A stretch of DNA of 46,115 nucleotides from Bacteroidales bacterium (GCA_041584015.1 JBFHES010000003.1:1-46115); one strand, 5' to 3'. Shown: positions 26,478-37,089, numbered from the stretch's first letter. The notes: generated by a model not told the origin, from the letters alone. Numbers and translations are program-made.

Positions 26478-29459
26478 TTATTTGCGATTCTTCCACGACT
26501 GAATGGGTTCAACAATCTTTTTCAAAAGACTGAAATAGAGCATTAAATACATTCCAATTATTGCAAGCCAAATAATCAACACGTTGGCAACAAATGTATC
26601 TAACTGATAGCCAAACATTCTTTTACTAGGCGCTAGAAAGTGCGATTGGAAAAATGCTTTTTCAGAAGCTCTGAAAATTGGATCCGACTTTTGAATAATC
26701 CAATCGTTTGCGACAAGCATTTTTACCGGACTATCATTATTCCGAACAAAGTCGTTAAGGGTTTCATTATAACTAGCAAGCTTAAATCTCCTAAACTCCT
26801 CTAGTCCCAAACGCCCCTCTTTTTCAAAAATCAAACTGTCTTTCATTTTAGTTGCGATAGAGTTCACCTGCCTGTAAAAGCTTTCAACTTCACCAATACA
26901 AAAACCTATACTATCACGATGCGCCAATGCCTGCCCAAAGCCATCAGCCAGATGTTGTTTTTCTTCATTTAAGTGATTCTGAATAATGTTTTCCTCTTTT
27001 TGTGAATTTCCATTGGCTATTTGTTTCAGCTCTGGTATTAAGAAGTTAAGCTTAAACTGAGCTTTGCTGATTAGTGCATCATATTGACCAATACTCTGCT
27101 GATATTCGTTTTGATTATGTTGTCGCACCGCGAGCGCCTCGAATGCCCAACGAGCAGTAATAAACTCCCCTACCAAAGGAACGCCTATATGCGTTACCAG
27201 ATTGGGGTTAAGTTTATCGTATCGTATTAAAACCCCGCTCAATACAATCTGTGGTATAATAATAAAAGGTATAAGCACGTAAACGGAAACCGGCCATTTC
27301 ATTGCATCTGAGACATTAAGCCCCAACAAGTTTGAGAATACCCAACAGCTAAATAAAATCAACCAGTAATCCCAGAACAAACCATTAATTTCCAAAACAG
27401 TATTGGCAACACTTACAAACAGCAAAGCCTGTAATGCAGACAGAATAAGTAGTACAGCTATCTTTGATAAAAGGTACCCCCCCCTGCTTAAACCAAGAAA
27501 CGACTCACGTTCAACGGTTTTACGATCTTTAATTATTTCTTCGCCACTTGTAGTAAGCCCTACAAATAGGGCAATTACAATTGCCATAAACAGGTAAATG
27601 GTAATGTTTTGATTTGCACCATAAGTATATTCTAATTCCGCTGAGGAGCTATACTTAATTAAATAAGCCAAAACAAAGGCCAACACAGGGGTTAAAAGGA
27701 AATTAAGATAGAGGTACTGTTTTCGAGCAATTTTAGATCGTATATCCCTTAAAAAGAAAACAGCAATCTGTTTCCATCGTCCGGGTTTATAAAATGATTT
27801 CTCGGGTAACTGATCCAATTCAGATCTTTCAAGTGTTTTACCTTTTGAATAATTGATCCATTTCTCCGACCAGTTTAAGGCTGTAATCTTACGTTCGCGA
27901 GATTTCTTGCCGAATTCGTCAAGCACATTCGCTTCAACAATATCAAATATTTGTTCAGGCGCCACTGTTCCGCAGCTGCTGCATTCATAATCGGTCCAAT
28001 TGGCTTGGTAGGTATTTGTTTTAAAATACCTAATGGCCTCCACCGGATTTCCATTGTAGATTAAATAACCACCTTGATCAATAACCAACAGGCGGTCGAA
28101 CATTTTGAATATTTCTGAAGATGGCTGATGAATAACCGTGACTACTAGTTTTCCTTTCAGAGCAAGTTCTTTCAGCAAATCCATTATATGTTCAGAATCT
28201 CGACTGGATAATCCTGATGTTGGTTCATCAAGGTAAAGGATGGCAGGCTCTCGAATTAGTTCGAGGGCAATATTCAGTCTTTTTCGCTGTCCACCGCTAA
28301 TGCTTTTGTTTAAAGGTGTACCAACAACTTGATTTTTCAAATGCTCCAGATCAAGTTTTTGTAGCATATTAATACAGAGTCTTTTCAAATCGCCTGACGA
28401 AAACTCACGAAAGCAAAGCTGAGCTGTATAAAAGAGGTTCTGAAAAACCGTAAGGTCTTCAATCAGGCGATCATCCTGAGATACATAACCAATGATACCT
28501 TCAAGTTTCTCGCTTTCAGAAATAGCTACCCCACTAATTCGAACGCCACCTGTTTGTGGCTTGTTCTTTCCGTTCAGGATATTGAGTAAGGTTGATTTAC
28601 CCGATCCACTCCCCCCTTGAATACTAACCAATTCACCAGATTTCAGACTAAAAGACATGGGACTAACTCCAAAGTCACTATTCTGATATTTATAACTAAT
28701 ATCCTCAGCCTCCAGAATAAAATTAATGTGGCGTGTATGTTGGGTAAAAGCTGCAACAATCTCCGAGTAATAAATCGTGTCTATTCTTGATTCACGAATG
28801 GCAATACCACTTTTTAGGATAGTGCTTTGAGTTTTAGAAATTGGCAAGCCCGCTATTTTCAAATTATATGCTGCATTCGAACGAAGCGCATGTAATCTGG
28901 CAGAATCAATTTCCAGCACCTTCAACTCACCTGAAAGTCCATTACAATGCAAATAAACAGCATGAGGTGCATCTGCGTTATCGTTCCCATCAATAAGTAA
29001 TACGCTAGGAGATAATCGTATATCGTTAAAATCGCTGGTCACAAAGTTGAAGATATTCTCGGACTCATTGGCACTGATATTAAATACCTGAGCAACGAGC
29101 GTAATAAAATCAACTTCCTGCTGAGAAACCTGACCATCGGATATGGCAAACTCCCATAAACGAATAATGATGATAACTTTTTGCTGTTGCGTTAACTCCG
29201 ACTTCAAGCCATCGCATATTTTTATCACCTTCACGGAATTAAGTGATAGTATTTTTTCCTTTTTTGCAGAGTCTGTGTTTTTTTGCTGATGTCGCAAAAT
29301 GTGTTTATCGTAAAGACTAAGGTACTGGTCTGCTATGTCCTTATTCAATTGCTGATTTAAAAACAATTCAACCACACTCCTACGATCACGCATACTCCCA
29401 CCGGGCCTTGCTATTATCGCAAAAAGCTGCATCAATGCATTTAAAATCCTACCGCTCAA
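26478..29459 (-). CDS. ABCG-type (NBD-TMD) ABC transporter with an N-terminal TerB-like domain
   Basis: Motifs GGSGSGKST, YVSQDD, ISGGQRKR, LDEPTSGL and VIHQPS, followed by an ABC2 membrane domain. The N-terminus (ALMQLFAIIA...SDGQVSQQEVDFI) is TerB-like. Confidence 0.9.
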   Translation of the reverse strand: MSGRILNALMQLFAIIARPGGSMRDRRSVVELFLNQQLNKDIADQYLSLYDKHILRHQQKNTDSAKKEKILSLNSVKVIKICDGLKSELTQQQKVIIIIRLWEFAISDGQVSQQEVDFITLVAQVFNISANESENIFNFVTSDFNDIRLSPSVLLIDGNDNADAPHAVYLHCNGLSGELKVLEIDSARLHALRSNAAYNLKIAGLPISKTQSTILKSGIAIRESRIDTIYYSEIVAAFTQHTRHINFILEAEDISYKYQNSDFGVSPMSFSLKSGELVSIQGGSGSGKSTLLNILNGKNKPQTGGVRISGVAISESEKLEGIIGYVSQDDRLIEDLTVFQNLFYTAQLCFREFSSGDLKRLCINMLQKLDLEHLKNQVVGTPLNKSISGGQRKRLNIALELIREPAILYLDEPTSGLSSRDSEHIMDLLKELALKGKLVVTVIHQPSSEIFKMFDRLLVIDQGGYLIYNGNPVEAIRYFKTNTYQANWTDYECSSCGTVAPEQIFDIVEANVLDEFGKKSRERKITALNWSEKWINYSKGKTLERSELDQLPEKSFYKPGRWKQIAVFFLRDIRSKIARKQYLYLNFLLTPVLAFVLAYLIKYSSSAELEYTYGANQNITIYLFMAIVIALFVGLTTSGEEIIKDRKTVERESFLGLSRGGYLLSKIAVLLILSALQALLFVSVANTVLEINGLFWDYWLILFSCWVFSNLLGLNVSDAMKWPVSVYVLIPFIIIPQIVLSGVLIRYDKLNPNLVTHIGVPLVGEFITARWAFEALAVRQHNQNEYQQSIGQYDALISKAQFKLNFLIPELKQIANGNSQKEENIIQNHLNEEKQHLADGFGQALAHRDSIGFCIGEVESFYRQVNSIATKMKDSLIFEKEGRLGLEEFRRFKLASYNETLNDFVRNNDSPVKMLVANDWIIQKSDPIFRASEKAFFQSHFLAPSKRMFGYQLDTFVANVLIIWLAIIGMYLMLYFSLLKKIVEPIQSWKNRK

Positions 29460-29504
29460 ACTATTTAATCTTAGTGTATCAATTGTTAGCAGTACTATCT
29501 CCTG

Positions 29505-30212
29505 CTAAAGTTTCAAATAGAAGTCTTTCGTTAAGCGCTTGTAAGCCATTGAATACGCTGCGCCATCATAAATGCATATTTCTTCCTCTATGCATACCGA
29601 TTTTTGACGAATAAATTCCATTATCACCCTGTTTACGCCTTTTGTAGCTTTCGGTTTCACATTAAGCTTTCTTTTACAAAAAAGGCCAAAAATGCTTGCC
29701 TTAAATTGAAAACTATTTGCTTCCTGTAAAGGCAATATTAACGCAAACATTCCGTCATTGGCTAAGCACCGGACAACACTAGATAATAAGTCATTTGGAC
29801 TAAGGCCATCCGTATGGCGCGCTGCATTTCGGCTGTTATCACCCGACTTTAAAGAATTACTGAAATAAGGAGGATTACTAATTATTAATTCATACTGCCT
29901 GTTGTTAGCACGAACAAAATCTTGTATGGACGAATGATGAATAGTAATCTGTTTGTTCCATTGAGAAGCAGCACAATTTTCTTTTGCCTGCTCATGCGCC
30001 GGACCATCTATTTCAACCGCATCAATCTGGGCATTAAAACGCTGGCACATCATCAATGTCAATATTCCTGTTCCAGCGCCTATATCTAAAACTGTAGCAT
30101 ACAAATCGGGCTGCACCCATGAGCCCAGTAAAACGCTATCAACGCCCACTTTCATAGCTGTTTTTTCCTGATGGATGAGAAATTGTTTGAATTCAAAATA
30201 CTGATTGCCCAT
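29505..30212 (-). CDS. tRNA1(Val) (adenine37-N6)-methyltransferase (YfiC/TrmM family)
   Basis: Motifs FEFKQF...AMKVGVDSVLLG, LDIGAGTG, SNPPYF, ARH and LTKDFYL. Confidence 0.93.
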   Translation of the reverse strand: MGNQYFEFKQFLIHQEKTAMKVGVDSVLLGSWVQPDLYATVLDIGAGTGILTLMMCQRFNAQIDAVEIDGPAHEQAKENCAASQWNKQITIHHSSIQDFVRANNRQYELIISNPPYFSNSLKSGDNSRNAARHTDGLSPNDLLSSVVRCLANDGMFALILPLQEANSFQFKASIFGLFCKRKLNVKPKATKGVNRVIMEFIRQKSVCIEEEICIYDGAAYSMAYKRLTKDFYLKL

Positions 30213-30216
30213 GCTG

Positions 30217-30224
30217 CAAAGTTA
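30217..30224 (-). promoter_or_regulatory. -7 promoter element (TAACTTTG) abutting the methyltransferase start codon
   Basis: Exact consensus only 4 nt before ATG 30212. Confidence 0.55.
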
Positions 30225-30381
30225 GAAGAAATCTAAAGCTGATGAAGGTTTGAAAACAGATGCATTATTAAGAAAAAAGATTTGAGACATACCTTTGGTA
30301 GCTTTAAGTATTTCTAATTTTTATTAGTTTTACAAGTTCATTGAGAACCTAAAGTGCATATTAAACCTAAACCTTACCACA

Positions 30382-31521
30382 ATGAATTTTGAACTGAGCG
30401 AAGAGCATTTAATGATTAGACAAGCTGCCAGAGATTATGCGCAGCGTGAACTTATTAAAGACGTTATTGAAAGAGACGATAAAGCAATTTATCCGACCGA
30501 ACACGTAAGAGCCTTGTCTGAACTTGGATTCATGGGAATGTTAGTTGGTGAAAAGTATAATGGTGGCGGTTTAGATACCGTTTCGTATGTATTAGCCATG
30601 GAAGAAATTTCAAAGGTTGATGCTTCGGTCTCGGTTATTATGTCGGTAAATAACTCTCTGGTATGTTACGGTATTGAGAAATATGGTAGCGAAGAACAGA
30701 AAGAAAAATTTCTAAAGCCGATGGCTACAGGTGAAAAAATTGGAGCTTTTCTTTTGTCCGAGCCAGAGGCAGGTTCTGATGCAACAAGCCAACGCACAAC
30801 TGCAGTTGACATGGGAGATCACTACCTGGTAAACGGAACAAAAAATTGGATTACCAACGCAGACTCAGCTGGCACCTATATTGTAATTGCGCAAACACAT
30901 CCTGAGAAAAAGCACAAAGGTATAAATGCATTATTGGTAGACAGACATGCTGATGGTATCTCCTTAGGACCACATGAAGAAAAAATGGGCATGCGAAGCT
31001 CCGACACCCATTCTGTAATGTTTACAGACGTTAAGGTTCCAAAAGAAAATAGAATTGGAGAAGATGGCTTTGGTTTTAAATTCGCTATGAAAACATTAGA
31101 AGGTGGTCGTATTGGAATTGCTTCTCAAGCACTGGGAATTGCTAGTGGTGCATTCGAAAGAGCTGTACAATATTCTAAAGAAAGAAAAGCCTTTGGAACT
31201 GAAATTGCCAATCATCAGGTAATTGCTTTTAAACTTGCAGATATGGCTGTAAAAATAGAGAATGCCCGTAACCTTTGCCTGAAAGCTGCCTGGCTAAAAG
31301 ACAACGACCAACCATACGGAATTGCGTCTGCCATGGCAAAACAATATGCAGCAGATATTGCAATGGAAGTTACAACAGAAGCAGTTCAAATTCATGGCGG
31401 ATACGGATATGTTAAAGAATATCATGTTGAGCGCTTAATGCGTGAGGCAAAGCTTACACAGATATATGAAGGAACATCTGAAATTCAAAAAATAGTTATT
31501 TCAAGAGATGTTTTAAAATAA
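30382..31521 (+). CDS. Acyl-CoA dehydrogenase (short-chain/butyryl-CoA type)
   Basis: Motifs LSEPEAGSDA, NGTKNWITN, GGRIGIASQALG, QIHGGYGY and IYEGTSEIQ. Confidence 0.95.
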   Translation: MNFELSEEHLMIRQAARDYAQRELIKDVIERDDKAIYPTEHVRALSELGFMGMLVGEKYNGGGLDTVSYVLAMEEISKVDASVSVIMSVNNSLVCYGIEKYGSEEQKEKFLKPMATGEKIGAFLLSEPEAGSDATSQRTTAVDMGDHYLVNGTKNWITNADSAGTYIVIAQTHPEKKHKGINALLVDRHADGISLGPHEEKMGMRSSDTHSVMFTDVKVPKENRIGEDGFGFKFAMKTLEGGRIGIASQALGIASGAFERAVQYSKERKAFGTEIANHQVIAFKLADMAVKIENARNLCLKAAWLKDNDQPYGIASAMAKQYAADIAMEVTTEAVQIHGGYGYVKEYHVERLMREAKLTQIYEGTSEIQKIVISRDVLK

Positions 31522-31574
31522 TAACATGGAATTGTATTATTGCAAAAAATTAAATCATTAATAATAAATCGTAA

Positions 31575-32324
31575 ATGAAAGTACTGGTTTGTATAAGTAA
31601 TGTACCTGATACGACTACAAAAATTAAGTTGACAGGTGATGAGAAAGGGATTGATCAGGCTGGCGTACAGTGGATCATTAACCCATGGGATGAATTAGCA
31701 TTAACTCGTGCATTAGAGTTAAAAGAAACCGGTGGTGGTGCTATTACTCAGGTTGATGTAGCAAATGTTGGTACAAACATGACCGAGCCAACGCTGAGAA
31801 AAGCATTGGCCATTGGAGCAGATAACGCCTACAGAGTTGATACAGAAGCAAAGGATTCATACTTTGTTGCATTACAACTGGCCGAAGTTGTAAAGACACA
31901 AGGTTATGATCTTGTTTTATGTGGTATTGAATCAAGTGATTACAATGGCTCTGCTGTTGGAGCAATGGTTTCTGAATTTCTGGGATACGCATCAGTATCT
32001 TCCGTATCTGGTTTAAAACTTGAAGGAGGAGAATTAATTATTAATCGTGAGATTGATGGAGGTTCTGAGAAACTTAAAACTCAGGTTCCTGCTGTTTTGG
32101 TTGTTCAGAAAGGTATTGCATTAGATCCTCGTATTCCGAACATGCGTGGTATTATGATGGCAAGAAAAAAGCCATTGAACGTTGTTCCTGCTGCGGCAGG
32201 CGACGCCTTAACTGAGTATGTAGAGTATCAATTGCCACAAGCCAAGGCCGCTTGTAAGATGATTGATGAAGACAATGCTGGAGAGATTATCAACTTGTTG
32301 CATACCGAAGCTAAAGTATTATAG
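31575..32324 (+). CDS. etfB: Electron transfer flavoprotein beta subunit
   Basis: Motifs VCISNVPDT, INPWDE, ALAIGAD, REIDGG and PRIPNMRGIM. Confidence 0.95.
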   Translation: MKVLVCISNVPDTTTKIKLTGDEKGIDQAGVQWIINPWDELALTRALELKETGGGAITQVDVANVGTNMTEPTLRKALAIGADNAYRVDTEAKDSYFVALQLAEVVKTQGYDLVLCGIESSDYNGSAVGAMVSEFLGYASVSSVSGLKLEGGELIINREIDGGSEKLKTQVPAVLVVQKGIALDPRIPNMRGIMMARKKPLNVVPAAAGDALTEYVEYQLPQAKAACKMIDEDNAGEIINLLHTEAKVL

Positions 32325-32347
32325 TAGTAACTCAAAAAGATTGAAAA

Positions 32348-33298
32348 ATGAACGTATTAGTATATACTGAGAATTGGGATGGAAAGTTCAAAAAATTGAG
32401 TTATGAACTAGTTTCCTATGCAAAACAAATTGGATCAAATGTTACCGTACTAAGCATTGGTAACGTCGACGAATCTGAATTAAAAGAACTAAGTAAGTAT
32501 GGCGCATCAAAAATTCTTACTACAAATGTAGATTTTGCTGGCTTAGAAAACAGTGCATACACAGCTATTATTGCTGATGCTGCAAAAAGCGAAAATGCTG
32601 AAGTGGTATTATTTGCCGACAATTTCACCGGAAAAGCAATTGCTCCTAAAGTAGCCGTTAAATTAACTGCAGGTTTGGCATCAGGTGTTACTGCATTGCC
32701 AATTTCAACGGAGCCATTTGTTGTTACCAAGCGTGCCTATTCTGCAAAGGTTTTTGCGAATGTTAAAATCAATTCAGCTATAAAAGTTTTAACCCTTGTG
32801 GGTAATTCTGTTGAGATTATTGAAGATGCTGCTGATGCAAATATTGAAGCCTATAGCTGTGAAGTTCCGGCAGCTCTTACTACTGTTACCGAAACCAACA
32901 AGCAGACAGGTACCATTCTATTAAGTGATGCTGATGTGGTTGTTTCTGGTGGTCGCGGAATGAAGAGCGGTGACAATTGGGCAGGCATTGAAGAGTTAGC
33001 AAACATTCTTGGTGCAGCTACTGCTTGTTCTCGTCCTGTTTCTGATGAAGGTTGGCGTCCGCACCACGAGCATGTTGGACAAACCGGTAAAGTAGTTGGT
33101 CCTACACTTTATTTTGCTCTAGGTATTTCAGGAGCAATCCAGCACTTAGCAGGTGTTAACTCATCTAAAATTATTGTAGCTGTTAATAAAGATCCTGAAG
33201 CTCCTATCTTTGAGGCAGCTGACTATGGTATCATTGGTGATGTAAATAAAGTACTTCCTTTATTTGTTGAAGCGGCAAAGCAATTAAAAGCTGAATAA
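32348..33298 (+). CDS. etfA: Electron transfer flavoprotein alpha subunit
   Basis: Motifs VVSGGRG, SRP, VGQTGKVV, GISGAIQHLAG and NKDPEAPIF. Confidence 0.95.
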   Translation: MNVLVYTENWDGKFKKLSYELVSYAKQIGSNVTVLSIGNVDESELKELSKYGASKILTTNVDFAGLENSAYTAIIADAAKSENAEVVLFADNFTGKAIAPKVAVKLTAGLASGVTALPISTEPFVVTKRAYSAKVFANVKINSAIKVLTLVGNSVEIIEDAADANIEAYSCEVPAALTTVTETNKQTGTILLSDADVVVSGGRGMKSGDNWAGIEELANILGAATACSRPVSDEGWRPHHEHVGQTGKVVGPTLYFALGISGAIQHLAGVNSSKIIVAVNKDPEAPIFEAADYGIIGDVNKVLPLFVEAAKQLKAE

Positions 33299-33328
33299 GA
33301 ATCAAACAACAATTTAGTTGCAAAAATA

Positions 33329-33362
33329 GAAACCCTCAGATTACGCTGAGGGTTTCCTTTTT
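33329..33362. terminator. Intrinsic terminator between etfA and the convergent gene
   Basis: GAAACCCTCAG-attacg-CTGAGGGTTTC followed by a T-run. Confidence 0.85.
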
Positions 33363-33417
33363 ATATATAGTTTTCTAGCTATTAAACTTGTACTCGAATA
33401 TGGGTTTGCGCCAATTC

Positions 33418-33855
33418 CTAGAAAGCCCCCACTCCTCTTGCCATTAATATGGCCAATAATGGAATAATAAAAATCAGTGTATTTTCTATCATTATAATGA
33501 TTCTAATTTTTGCAGGAACATTCACAATATCGTTATCATCGCCACCTTTCTTATTCTTCATAAAATAAAATGTTGGAATTAACGAGAGCACTGCCACCAA
33601 TAAGAACAAGGTTAGCTTTGTATGAAAAATCCAGTTTTTCGTAAAGAACTCAGCAGCTTTCCCATAAACAAACCATTGCATTAAACCCGTTATAATTACC
33701 ACCAAGGCCGACATGCCTAACATTATGTCAATTCGTGCTACTTTTCTAATTACCGCTTTTGTAACCACTCGTTTAACCATTATTTGCTGTGCAAAAACTG
33801 CAGCCACCAATCCGAAAAGTCCGATAAAATGAAGGTATCTAAATAATATGTCCAT
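33418..33855 (-). CDS. DUF2214-type integral membrane protein
   Basis: Start moved to ATG 33855 (MDILFRYLHF). Four TM segments, GK...F..NWIFHTKLTLF and IPLLAILMARGVG. TAGTTTTG promoter at 33899-33892. Confidence 0.75.
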   Translation of the reverse strand: MDILFRYLHFIGLFGLVAAVFAQQIMVKRVVTKAVIRKVARIDIMLGMSALVVIITGLMQWFVYGKAAEFFTKNWIFHTKLTLFLLVAVLSLIPTFYFMKNKKGGDDNDIVNVPAKIRIIIMIENTLIFIIPLLAILMARGVGAF

Positions 33856-34076
33856 TCTTCTTTTGTTTAATTTGTTAAGCAATATGAACAGCAAAACTAA
33901 CAAAGGGTTTATAAATTCCTCTTTTTATTTAATGTTAATTCCTCGTCTTTGGCTCCTTGTCAGCTACTCTTTCATATTTTATTTCTAATTCATGAAACAT
34001 TATGCAACGTTTTGACATTTGATTTGTCATTAGTGTGATTTTACAGTATGAAATTATAAACCCAAAACACTTAATC

Positions 34077-34709
34077 ATGCAAAAGACATTTTATCTATTA
34101 TTAACCCTATCCTTGTTTTGTGTCAGTGCCCAGGCCCAAGATGATGAATTTCAATACCTCTTTGGGCAAAGAGACCTGTCATTCTCAGGTTTTGGCGGAT
34201 CAATTCATGAAGTCTCATTTATTGATGGTGAACTAGCTTACTCAAATGGTGGCGGTGGTGCCTTACTCATCAACCAAAAGTTCTTTGTTGGGGGATATGG
34301 TATGGGACTTACCTCTACGCACCAGTTACCACAGCTTAATCATAGTAATTATGAGATTGACTTCGGCCATGGAGGTCTCTGGATCGGATATATTCATAAG
34401 CACAAAGAAGTCATTCATTTTGGTGGCAGTCTAAAGCTTGGTGGCGGACAAATTAGTATTAGTGAATACAAGGATTGGAATAAAGAATATGCCAATGATA
34501 ACATTTTTGTAATTAACCCAATGATCGAAGCAGAAATGAACATCACTTCCTGGTTTAAAATTAATGTAGGTGCAGGCTACAGGCTAGTTGGTGGAGTAAA
34601 TAACAACAAGGTTTCATCTGTTAACGGCCAAGTATTTAATGGCTTTAAAGGCCGCGATTTCAGTGGATCGAACATTAATATTGGCTTTTTATTTGGCTTT
34701 TTTAAATAA
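34077..34709 (+). CDS. Small outer-membrane beta-barrel protein
   Basis: Start ATG 34077 (MQKTFYLL...AQAQ signal peptide); Gly/aromatic alternating strands ending IGFLFGFFK. Confidence 0.75.
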   Translation: MQKTFYLLLTLSLFCVSAQAQDDEFQYLFGQRDLSFSGFGGSIHEVSFIDGELAYSNGGGGALLINQKFFVGGYGMGLTSTHQLPQLNHSNYEIDFGHGGLWIGYIHKHKEVIHFGGSLKLGGGQISISEYKDWNKEYANDNIFVINPMIEAEMNITSWFKINVGAGYRLVGGVNNNKVSSVNGQVFNGFKGRDFSGSNINIGFLFGFFK

Positions 34710-34736
34710 CCCAGAAACCCTAAGAAACCTCTTATC

Positions 34737-37085
34737 ATGAAAAAAATACTTTTAACCCTAATAGGTGCTGTTCTGCTGTGCACTGCATTCGGATTAACCC
34801 CCGATGGCAAGTATACTGTAAGCGGCCAACTTAAAGATAAATCCAGCGGAGAAGACTTAATTGGAGCAACAATCTATGTTAAAGAATTAAGCTCAGGAAC
34901 AATTTCTAACCTCTACGGCTATTTTAGCGTGAACCTTAAACCGGGCAGCTACACAATTCAATTTTCATACATTGGTTACGAAACCATCGAAAAAACCATC
35001 CAGCTTAAAGATGATGTGATGCTAACCATCGAATTACCCACATCAAAGCTAACACTTAACGAAGTTGAGGTGAATGCCGACAAGGCTAATCATAACATTA
35101 CCCGCAACGAAATGAGTACAGTTAAAATGCAGAGTAAAACAATTAAAATGATACCTGCATTAATGGGTGAAGTTGATGTGGTTAAAGCCATTCAACTATT
35201 ACCTGGCGTAAATTCCGTTAGTGAAGGTTCCTCAGGCTTTAGCGTTCGCGGTGGTAGCTCAGATCAGAACTTGATTTTATTGGACGAGGCTACCGTGTAT
35301 AACGCTTCTCACCTACTCGGTTTCTTTAGCGTATTTAACAATGATGTGATTAAAGATGTAAAGCTTTACAAAGGTGATATTCCGGCGCAAAATGGTGGCC
35401 GATTATCCTCAGTTCTGGATGTACGCATGAAAGATGGCAACCAAAAAAAACTAAGCGGATCAGGAGGTATTGGAACCATCTCAAGCCGATTAAGCCTTGA
35501 AGGTCCTATTGTGAAAGACAATACTTCATTTGTAATATCGGGCCGACGTACGTATGCCGACATATTTTTGCCCTTGGCAAAGGAAGAAGCCATTAGAGAA
35601 AATGCGCTTTATTTTTATGACCTGAATGCAAAGGTTAATCACAAGATTAATGAAAACAATAAAATCTACCTCTCTGGCTATTTCGGCAGAGATGTATTTA
35701 AAAACGAGTTCTTTCAAATGGGTTTTGGAAACAGTACAGCAAGCATTCGCTGGAATCATCTGTTTTCACGAAAACTATTTTCAAACCTCACACTTATCTA
35801 CAGCGATTTTGATTACAGCCTTGGTGTACCCGAAGGAACAGCAAATTCTTTTGTTTGGACATCGCATCTAAAGGACCAATCAATTAAACTCGATTTTGGT
35901 TATTATCCAAATATGAACAACACCATAAAATTTGGTGCAGTAAGTAATTTTCACACTTTTGAGCCAGGTCTGGCAAAAGGCTTGGGCAACGAATCCATTT
36001 TTTCAGAGTTTGAATTACCCAAACATTACGCGCTCGAATCAGCGGTTTATGTCTCCAATGATCAAAAAATTAATTCGCTAATATCGCTCAAGTATGGGCT
36101 TCGCTTATCTGTCTTTCAAAATTTCGGGAAAGGAATATTATACAACTATGATAAAAGCAATCCGAATGATTATTTAGTTAGTGGCCAAAAAAACTATGCT
36201 AAAGGCGAGTTAATAAACACCTATGCCGGTCTAGAGCCACGTATAGGTATTAACTGGCAGCTATCCGAATTCTCGTCGGTAAAAGCCAGCTACTCGCGTA
36301 CGAAGCAGTACATTCATTTGGCACAAAACTCAACGGCAGGCACACCGCTTGATGTTTGGTTCCCTTCAAGTCCGAATGTAAAGCCACAAACCGCGGATCA
36401 GTTTGCCATTGGATATTTCAGGAACTTATTCGACAATAAACTCGAAGCATCAGTTGAGACTTATTATAAAGACATGAAAGATGCCATCGATTTTAAAGAT
36501 CATGCAGCACTTCTGCTAAATGAGCATTTTGATGGTGAACTGCGATTTGGCAAAGCAAAATCCTACGGAGCAGAGTTTTTGGTTCGTTACAACATTAAGA
36601 AACTAAGCGGATGGCTTAGCTATACCTACTCCCATACTGAACGCGAGATTGCCGATATAAATAATGGTGAAGCGTATGTAGCACCCTATGATAAACCACA
36701 CGACATTTCAATTGTATTAAATTATGCCATTAACGATCGCTTATCTGCTTCCGCCACGTGGGCGTACTCCACAGGAGCACCTGTTACAGTACCAACCGGT
36801 CGATTTGAATATCAGGGTGCAGTAATTCCGGTTTACTCGAAACGTAACGAATACCGAATGCCTGACTATCATCGTATGGATGTTTCAATCAGCTATAAGG
36901 GGAAACAAACCGAAGGCAAAAAATGGTATGGCGAGTGGAACTTGTCTATATACAATGCCTATGCGAGAAAAAATGCCTGGGCACTCCGATTCAGACAAGA
37001 TGAGCTAAATCCAGACATTACTTACGCCGAGAAGGTTTATCTATTCTCAATCATTCCGGCAATAACCTATAACTTCAATTTTTAA
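34737..37085 (+). CDS. TonB-dependent receptor with N-terminal carboxypeptidase-regulatory-like domain
   Basis: Motifs GEDLIGATI, FSYIGY, LPGV...VRGG..DQNLILLD and GGRLSSVLD; C-terminal ITYNFNF. Confidence 0.95.
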   Translation: MKKILLTLIGAVLLCTAFGLTPDGKYTVSGQLKDKSSGEDLIGATIYVKELSSGTISNLYGYFSVNLKPGSYTIQFSYIGYETIEKTIQLKDDVMLTIELPTSKLTLNEVEVNADKANHNITRNEMSTVKMQSKTIKMIPALMGEVDVVKAIQLLPGVNSVSEGSSGFSVRGGSSDQNLILLDEATVYNASHLLGFFSVFNNDVIKDVKLYKGDIPAQNGGRLSSVLDVRMKDGNQKKLSGSGGIGTISSRLSLEGPIVKDNTSFVISGRRTYADIFLPLAKEEAIRENALYFYDLNAKVNHKINENNKIYLSGYFGRDVFKNEFFQMGFGNSTASIRWNHLFSRKLFSNLTLIYSDFDYSLGVPEGTANSFVWTSHLKDQSIKLDFGYYPNMNNTIKFGAVSNFHTFEPGLAKGLGNESIFSEFELPKHYALESAVYVSNDQKINSLISLKYGLRLSVFQNFGKGILYNYDKSNPNDYLVSGQKNYAKGELINTYAGLEPRIGINWQLSEFSSVKASYSRTKQYIHLAQNSTAGTPLDVWFPSSPNVKPQTADQFAIGYFRNLFDNKLEASVETYYKDMKDAIDFKDHAALLLNEHFDGELRFGKAKSYGAEFLVRYNIKKLSGWLSYTYSHTEREIADINNGEAYVAPYDKPHDISIVLNYAINDRLSASATWAYSTGAPVTVPTGRFEYQGAVIPVYSKRNEYRMPDYHRMDVSISYKGKQTEGKKWYGEWNLSIYNAYARKNAWALRFRQDELNPDITYAEKVYLFSIIPAITYNFNF

Positions 37086-37089
37086 TAAA

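Noticed and set aside
30382-33298. Electron-bifurcating Bcd-EtfAB claim
   Set aside because: This is a common gene trio; bifurcating vs canonical ETF cannot be determined by eye, and no other butyrate-pathway genes are adjacent.
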